Assembly: GCA_012401045.1 (NCBI GenBank)
Contig: GCA_012401045.1_4704.2
Length of the DNA stretch: 64,000 nucleotides
DNA from: a phage
Strand: one strand, 5' to 3'
Shown: in pieces, positions 57,959 through 64,000 of the stretch
How positions within the stretch are numbered: position 1 is the stretch's first letter
How the letters are laid out: each line of letters opens with the position of its first letter
Made by a program: the position numbers and the translations under genes
Notes under the pieces: model-generated
Told to the model about the DNA's origin: nothing
The model's input: the letters and a program-made list of their open reading frames with translations, nothing else
The model's database searches: none

Positions 57959-59260
57959 TTAACTAATATAAAGTTCAGGATCGTAAGGCGCTAACGATAC
58001 ACTGGCGTTATGCATTGCTTTCATCATAGTGTTCATGAAAACGTTGTTTACACCGGTGATCTCTGCCCCGATCGCGTCTGGGGTTGGAGCCATCGCGTTA
58101 CCGCAACAGGTAGCACAGTATTCCAATGGGCCTGCTTTACAACGTTGAGGATCGCGTAACTTGATGGTTTGTCCTTCCAAGGAAGCAAGTAATTCAGCAT
58201 CAATAAGTTTAAGCGCCGCACCGTCGATCATGTAACGGCCGACAAGCAGCTTATCTTTGATATGATCGCGGTTTACCGTGAACAGAATATGTTCGTGGGT
58301 ACCGCAGTCGTCCATCGTGATTTTAAGGTTCTGTGTCGCACGTTGTGATTCTTTCGCCGTCTGTCCCGCTAAAGCGGTCAGTGCGCCACGTGAGAACGAA
58401 CCTGCACGTGCACTGTTGTTGTACTCCGCCCAATGGTCGACACGCATCCCTTCAGCCAGGCTGTGTGTGATAACGTTACGTTTACCAGGGTCAACGAAGT
58501 CGGCTTCAACCCCCATCATGATGTGTGTTTTCTTTCGAGTATTACCGAAACTCTTGCCTGGGTTAATATAGAACCCTTCCGATTCGTCGCCCTTAAAGGA
58601 TTCTTTATCCATTTTGGTTAGCGTGGCTTCGAGTTTGATCAGTTCTTCAGGCGTGAACTTACCTTCCTCTTGTAAGCGTGCTAACTCTTTATCGCGATAG
58701 GCAATAATATCATCATCGACCGTTAACGCTTTATCACTCATTGATGGAACAATTAAACGGTTGATAGCGGTTAATGCGCTGATATTGTTGGTGAATTTCT
58801 TCACTTCGCTTGCGTACAACGGACCAATTGGACGTTCGTTAGGATCGGGTATTCCCTCTTCAGGATCGTCCGCTACGCGTGGCGCAATCAGTGACTCCAG
58901 TGTACCGCTGGTCAACCGTCCTGCCTGGTATTCAATCTGAATACCGAAAGCATCATAAAGGACGTACATATTGAACAACGCTTCACCGAAGGTTGTGGTG
59001 GTTGTATTCTTAACCGACGGTAGATCACCAGGTGCAAGCTCCAATGACTCCCAGAAACTCAACAAGGGTTTTGTTGGCTCGGTTTCCCATTGGTGTTCTT
59101 CACCGTCGATGGTAACCGTAACGACGTTACCTTGACGACGTAATTTAGGCTGATACTTCTCAGCGCCGCCTTCCGTAAAAGCAAATGCGTCGTTAATCCA
59201 TTCAAGATAACGGTAGTGCCCTTCACGCATCGCGTAAAGGAAATATTCACGAGGTGTCAT
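57959..59260 (-). CDS. hypothetical protein (433 aa) with C-terminal Cys cluster
   Basis: ORF track; CKAGPLEYCATCCGNAMAP. Confidence 0.85.
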   Translation of the reverse strand: MTPREYFLYAMREGHYRYLEWINDAFAFTEGGAEKYQPKLRRQGNVVTVTIDGEEHQWETEPTKPLLSFWESLELAPGDLPSVKNTTTTTFGEALFNMYVLYDAFGIQIEYQAGRLTSGTLESLIAPRVADDPEEGIPDPNERPIGPLYASEVKKFTNNISALTAINRLIVPSMSDKALTVDDDIIAYRDKELARLQEEGKFTPEELIKLEATLTKMDKESFKGDESEGFYINPGKSFGNTRKKTHIMMGVEADFVDPGKRNVITHSLAEGMRVDHWAEYNNSARAGSFSRGALTALAGQTAKESQRATQNLKITMDDCGTHEHILFTVNRDHIKDKLLVGRYMIDGAALKLIDAELLASLEGQTIKLRDPQRCKAGPLEYCATCCGNAMAPTPDAIGAEITGVNNVFMNTMMKAMHNASVSLAPYDPELYIS

Positions 59261-59273
59261 GTAACAACTCCTT

Positions 59274-60152
59274 TTAAACCCGGGTCAGGTCACCGTGACG
59301 TGAAACGAACTCTGATAACGCTCGGGTTGCTTCTTTGGATTCTTCAGCCATCGGGAAGTTTGCGGTAATAAGTTCTCGTAAGACAGGGACGAGTTCATTA
59401 TCTTCGAGATCGGAAGCTAAGGCGAATGCAATCAGTTCTTGGGTGTATGCATACGGTTGCTGACGTAATGCAGTAAGCTGATCCCGACACTGCGACATTA
59501 GCAGGTCCAGTGGAACCGCTATCGTACCCCCTTCATCAATATACTGGCTGAACACCGGTGGGAACGCATCGCTGATGACACGAATACGTCGACGAATATG
59601 ATCCGGAATCTGGACGTTTTCTTCGTCGGCGACGTTTTCGCTATCTTTCTCCAGCTTCTTGGTCAGTACCTGCTGGATACGTGGGAGCAGGCTTGAATGC
59701 ACAAAACTGATTAATGATGCTACGTCCACAGCATCGACACCGTAAATATAATGCGCGCATTCCGCTAGCGCTTCAGCTGCGGTGTAGTCTTCATCTTCAA
59801 CGATAGCGAGTAGAAAAGCGGTATCGTCGTGTGTTTCCAGGTCTAATAACGTAGACGCTAGCGCATGAAGATATTTCAGGCTATCCAGAGTTAGCTGCCC
59901 TTCGTTAATTCGGATCCCGAAGGCAAGCAATTGTTGTTTATAAAGTTCGATACATCCGTTTGTTAAAATGATGTCTAATTCGTTTAAATCGTATTGTTCC
60001 CCAGCACCTGACAACATCGTACTGCAGAACGTTTCCAGTTGTTCACATTTAAAATCTTGGTATAAACGATGCATGCAGTGCTGTAACAGCGTACGCCTTG
60101 TTTCAGGGATCTTACCTTCTAACAAAGCCAAGACGGAATCAATCATATCCAC
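59274..60152 (-). CDS. hypothetical protein (292 aa)
   Basis: ORF track. Confidence 0.8.
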   Translation of the reverse strand: MDMIDSVLALLEGKIPETRRTLLQHCMHRLYQDFKCEQLETFCSTMLSGAGEQYDLNELDIILTNGCIELYKQQLLAFGIRINEGQLTLDSLKYLHALASTLLDLETHDDTAFLLAIVEDEDYTAAEALAECAHYIYGVDAVDVASLISFVHSSLLPRIQQVLTKKLEKDSENVADEENVQIPDHIRRRIRVISDAFPPVFSQYIDEGGTIAVPLDLLMSQCRDQLTALRQQPYAYTQELIAFALASDLEDNELVPVLRELITANFPMAEESKEATRALSEFVSRHGDLTRV

Positions 60153-60242
60153 TCCGATGCGGTAAATGTCTACTAGCTCTCATAATCTATTGAAGAAACT
60201 ACCAGCTTACGCCAACTTAGATTAATCAGGAGTAACCATCCC

Positions 60243-60716
60243 ATGCCAGTTTCATCCAAACCAAGAAAAAAATCCGTAGGAAACCCTAAAGCTCAGGAAA
60301 CAACAGCAATTCGTTGGGACGAGTTACGTGAACCTATCGAAAACTGCGAATTGTTATTGGGTACCCTGGGTGCGGCTATTTACCAAGCGACGCAACCCTG
60401 TCGTTTACGATTAACCCAAAACAAACGTGATGAGTTCGTTGCGTTATCAACAAGCACGAATAAAGATCTGACCGAACTTCAAACCGAGTTGACGACGATC
60501 AAGAACTCCATTACGCCGATGTACGGTAAAGAAGTTGATGAACAAAGTATTCTGTTACAGTACAACTACGGGATGTCGTTAATGAACATCCTGGAACGCG
60601 CATCCGATATTCTGCGTCCTGACGTTGCACGTCTAAGCCAACTGCGTGTCGAAGGGATGGAGAACCAGATCCGATTCGCTAACAGTGTTAAATCTCAAGG
60701 AGCCACCGAAGCATGA
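60243..60716 (+). CDS. hypothetical protein (157 aa)
   Basis: ORF track; GGAG RBS; 4-nt overlap with next gene. Confidence 0.7.
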   Translation: MPVSSKPRKKSVGNPKAQETTAIRWDELREPIENCELLLGTLGAAIYQATQPCRLRLTQNKRDEFVALSTSTNKDLTELQTELTTIKNSITPMYGKEVDEQSILLQYNYGMSLMNILERASDILRPDVARLSQLRVEGMENQIRFANSVKSQGATEA

Positions 60717-62398
60717 GCGAACAAGAAAAAGAAGTCGTGACGAATCAGGAAGCCGTTGAGCGTTCAGAGTCGTCCGTTGAAACTACGATTCCGGCAAGTT
60801 CCGAGCCGGTTGGTTCCGCACAGCAGGAAAGTAAAGACGAAGTCAGCACGACTAAAGAAGATGTAGTGGCTCCAGAAGCAACCCGTGAAGAAGAACCATC
60901 ACATCCACCACTAATCGATTTCTCGAAGGCGACGATACGTTTCCAATGCGAAGACATTCGTCCTAAGAGCCCGAAGAAAACAAAACGCCAGCCGTTGGTG
61001 TTACCGCTGTATTCTCCACGTGTGCAGACAACGTATTACCGGGAATACATCAACGAAGCAATGGATACCGTGCAAGCCATTGTCGCTCAACGCGGTAAAC
61101 CGACAGACGAACAATTTGATAAATTCAGTAAAGCGGTGGTGCAATCGGTTGCTGATGGACAATATCATCCGCGTGGCCCAGCTCACGATCGCGCCTTGGA
61201 ACGTAAGGGCAGTCAGTGGACTAACGTACCCGTAGACTCATCGGGTGTTGGTCGCGTTATTCCTGGCATTCCACAACCGAACCATATCCCTGATGATGTC
61301 GAAGCGCCGCTGACAGGAACCGATGCGATCTATTTTGCAATCCGCAATACGAAATCAGGTGCGCCTGCGGTAATGCCGTTATGGCATAGCGGTATTAAGC
61401 TGCAGTTCAATCCGCCGTCAAATGAACGTGTTGCAATTATGCACGAACGTATTGCACGCGATAAAATCCTGGGTGGACGTGATAGCACCGGTTTCCTGTT
61501 TTCGGCAACCTCGATTATCACCATGAAGCACGCAATCGAATTAGCGTTAGAATGCTGTTACATGGCCAACGTACCGAACCTGGATATCCAGCGTTTGAAA
61601 GACATTATCCCGGTTACCGATGTTCCGGCATTGTTGTTGAACGTGCTGGTAACCATGTATCCGTACGGATATCCTTACGTACAGACCTGCTATCAGAATC
61701 CAGAAACCTGCGACTATCGTGTTGAAGATACCGTAAGCTTTGCGAAACTCTATCAAGTTGACAACAGCGCAATAACCAAACGTATGCGACAGATCATGAC
61801 CGAAGGTCCGGTCATGACGGATGAACTTTTGCGTGAGTATGCAAACGAACTGGGTGAAACAAACTCCCGTACGCTGGATCTGTCCGACAACGGTTCTGTT
61901 ATCATTGAACTTGAAGTACCGAAGATCTCACGACAAATAGCCATGGGCGAACGCTGGTTAAGCGATACCCTGGAAGATCTGCGTGATATTCTATCGCGTC
62001 CGTCAATGACCGAAGAAGAGCGTGATCGTGTTATTCGTGAACGTCAGTTTTATAGCTGGATGCGTCAGTATGATGCGTGGATCAAATCGATGCACGTGTC
62101 AGTAAACGGTACCATGCGTCGTGTAAGCGATGCAGATACGGCAACGGTATTAGCACAGCTGTCACGAGACAGCGACCTTCGTGAACGTTATATTGACGGG
62201 TTGATGCAATTCATCGGTGATTCGACGATTGCGCTCGCAGCGATGCCTGCCTGGAAATGTCCGAAATGTAATGCCGATATTGCTGACAATCTGCGTGACC
62301 AGAAATACTACGATCTGATTGCTTTGGATGTACCCCAGCTTTTTTTTACCCTAAACTCCGTCCAATCTCTTCAGGAGGGGATGGACGCGGTATTCTAA
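60713..62398 (+). CDS. hypothetical protein (561 aa)
   Basis: ORF track; C-terminal CPKC pair. Confidence 0.85.
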   Translation: MSEQEKEVVTNQEAVERSESSVETTIPASSEPVGSAQQESKDEVSTTKEDVVAPEATREEEPSHPPLIDFSKATIRFQCEDIRPKSPKKTKRQPLVLPLYSPRVQTTYYREYINEAMDTVQAIVAQRGKPTDEQFDKFSKAVVQSVADGQYHPRGPAHDRALERKGSQWTNVPVDSSGVGRVIPGIPQPNHIPDDVEAPLTGTDAIYFAIRNTKSGAPAVMPLWHSGIKLQFNPPSNERVAIMHERIARDKILGGRDSTGFLFSATSIITMKHAIELALECCYMANVPNLDIQRLKDIIPVTDVPALLLNVLVTMYPYGYPYVQTCYQNPETCDYRVEDTVSFAKLYQVDNSAITKRMRQIMTEGPVMTDELLREYANELGETNSRTLDLSDNGSVIIELEVPKISRQIAMGERWLSDTLEDLRDILSRPSMTEEERDRVIRERQFYSWMRQYDAWIKSMHVSVNGTMRRVSDADTATVLAQLSRDSDLRERYIDGLMQFIGDSTIALAAMPAWKCPKCNADIADNLRDQKYYDLIALDVPQLFFTLNSVQSLQEGMDAVF

Positions 62399-62490
62399 TC
62401 GATCCGCGATACGGGTTACATGACGGACAACTTGTTCGTAATGATGAAAAAATCTGGGAACTGCTGTTAGCGCGTAAAGGCGACGGCGGC

Positions 62491-62820
62491 ATGAAGCTGA
62501 ACATCGAAATGGGTATTGCGTACGATACCATGTTTGGCTTGTACGATCGTGTTAACGAATGGACGCCGTTGAAATGGGTTGCTCAGCATCCCGCTGAAGA
62601 TCCCTGGGACAGATTGGGGATTAAACCCTTAATCGAAGATTATGTCCGATTCGGTATTAAAGAGTTCATGACGCTGGATGCGTTTTTAAAAGCACCGTAT
62701 CCTTACGCGCAAACGGTACTCAAAATCGCACAAGACGAACTGCGGAAACGTAGTGCGGTACTGGACGACGATGAGGACAAGTTACGACGAGAAGAAGAAC
62801 GTTTACGAAACGGAAAATAA
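62491..62820 (+). CDS. hypothetical protein (109 aa)
   Basis: ORF track; 2 nt before next gene. Confidence 0.6.
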   Translation: MKLNIEMGIAYDTMFGLYDRVNEWTPLKWVAQHPAEDPWDRLGIKPLIEDYVRFGIKEFMTLDAFLKAPYPYAQTVLKIAQDELRKRSAVLDDDEDKLRREEERLRNGK

Positions 62821-62822
62821 AA

Positions 62823-63331
62823 TGGCAAGATTTACCAGTTTGATTGGATTGGATATTTGGGAAACACCGGCTGACGTTCGGGTTATTCCTGTTAACACCG
62901 TCGGTGTGATGGGACGTGGTCTTGCCAAACAGGCAGCCGATCGTGTGCCCGGTCTTCTTGAAGCGTACCGTAAGCAATGTCAAGATGGGTTTAAGGTGGG
63001 CGAAGTCGTATCGTATCAGCAAGGCGAGAACGATCAGCTCACTTACGTGTTGTTTCCATCAAAATCGGATTGGCGTGAAAGAACACGACGCGAGTATATC
63101 GTTAACGGTTTACTGGCGTTAAAAGCATGGTTACTGGAGCTTCAGTTCGAAAGAGACGGCTTCTCATATCGGCGTCCGGCTGAACCGCTGATCGTTGCAA
63201 TTCCTCCGGTCGGTTCTGGTTGCGGTAATATCGGTTACGGACAATCCGAAACAATCCAGCCTCAATGGGTACGCGCACAAATCAAACAGTATCTTGCCAC
63301 CGTACCAAACGTTCATTTCTACTTGTTCTAA
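62823..63331 (+). CDS. macro-domain protein (ADP-ribose binding / hydrolase fold)
   Basis: Start at ATG (MARFTSL); motifs DVRVIPVNTVGVMGRGLAKQ (compare DAIVNAAN...GGGVAGAI) and VAIPPVGSGCGNIGY (compare hAFPxIGTGxxGxP). Confidence 0.55.
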
Positions 63332-63342
63332 TGCAAAGGTAA

Positions 63343-63385
63343 CATAACCCTCCTCCAACCCGTAAGGGAAGGAGGAGGGCTTATG
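63343..63385 (-). terminator. GC-rich extended stem-loop, family member l
   Basis: CATAA-CCCTCCTCC-AA-CCC-GTAA-GGG-AA-GGAGGAGGG-CTTATG between convergent genes. Confidence 0.5.
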
Positions 63386-63388
63386 CTG

Positions 63389-63763
63389 TTAATGTTCGTT
63401 CCAGATGGCATCTTCCGGTGGAACAATAGGATCTTTCTTCGGCATTGACGGTACTTCATGACGATGCTTACGGAATTGCCTATCGATAACCTCACGAAGC
63501 CGGTACGCATCAACCCATGTTGATTTATTGAACAGCTCCAATGTCACAGTTAATCGTGTTCTTGACATTGAATAGCTTTTCTTTGCAATCAAATTGGGAT
63601 AATTCAGTTGAGCGAACCACGCACGTATTTGTGCTTCGGTAAAAGCGATGCTGTAATAACTAAGTTTACCGTCATTAAAATCGTGCGCGTGGGTGTAACG
63701 TCCAGCGTAACGCCAGACAAGATGCACATTCAGATCGATCCATGGTGGGGTGGTATCAGCCAT
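63389..63763 (-). CDS. hypothetical protein (124 aa)
   Basis: ORF track. Confidence 0.7.
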   Translation of the reverse strand: MADTTPPWIDLNVHLVWRYAGRYTHAHDFNDGKLSYYSIAFTEAQIRAWFAQLNYPNLIAKKSYSMSRTRLTVTLELFNKSTWVDAYRLREVIDRQFRKHRHEVPSMPKKDPIVPPEDAIWNEH

Positions 63764-63858
63764 GTGTTACCCTCAACGATTCTTCATCACTTTACCCAGG
63801 CTTTCGATATTATCCCAAAAGCGATTTTTACTTGGCGCATCGCCGACGATAACCGACA

Positions 63859-64000
63859 TCAAATCACGACGTTCGCGACTGATGATGCCTTGTGATTTCC
63901 AGATCACCATCGTCCAGCAAGCGGCCAGAACGAACAGATGGTTAATGCTCGGTTTGGTTTGCGCGATGAACGCAAGCCATGCCCAGATACCGGTGTATAC
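63859..64000 (-). CDS. possible C-terminal fragment of a gene running off the right edge
   Basis: Hand translation of minus strand gives a stop-free frame from the edge to a TGA near 63859-63861; frame choice uncertain. Confidence 0.25.

Noticed and set aside
57959-59260. RNA polymerase beta/beta-prime-like subunit
   Set aside because: No NADFDGD or other multisubunit RNA polymerase signature found by eye; left as hypothetical
4765-63385. Hairpin repeats as a CRISPR array
   Set aside because: Copies are kilobases apart with genes between them, not short regularly spaced repeat-spacer units; the palindromes are imperfect and the layout is gene-terminal
63608-63895. 95-aa plus-strand ORF
   Set aside because: Overlaps minus gene 63389-63763 and the probable edge gene; no RBS

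Overview
This 64 kb window reads as part of a jumbo (phiKZ-like) tailed phage genome; strongly E. coli-like codon usage in abundant genes suggests an enterobacterial host. It is densely coding (about 55 CDS), mostly on the minus strand. Supported content: a 740-aa major capsid protein candidate; a large family of paralogous virion proteins with acidic propeptide-like N-termini (tandem array at 28.1-34.7 kb plus the N-terminal parts of three ~930-1125 aa proteins); a DnaB-like helicase; the exonuclease plus motif A/B part of a family B DNA polymerase that stops before motif C; a macro-domain protein; a membrane HExxH metalloprotease; and an accessory island of small genes with tandem paralogs (51.1-57.9 kb). 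No rRNA, tRNA, CRISPR array, integrase or transposase could be supported. The most striking non-coding signal is a family of at least 13 conserved GC-rich extended stem-loops (CATA - CCCTCCTCC-AA-CCC-tetraloop-GGG-AA-GGAGGAGGG - TATG), every one placed at the 3' end of a minus-strand gene. Also notable are a duplicated promoter/operator-like cassette and a 25-nt exact repeat. Functional calls rest on motifs I recognised by eye; no database search was run. Coordinates of non-coding elements are hand-counted and may be off by 1-2 nt (one local mismatch between my count and the ORF track was seen near 52620); CDS coordinates follow the ORF track, with starts re-picked where an RBS-supported ATG exists.
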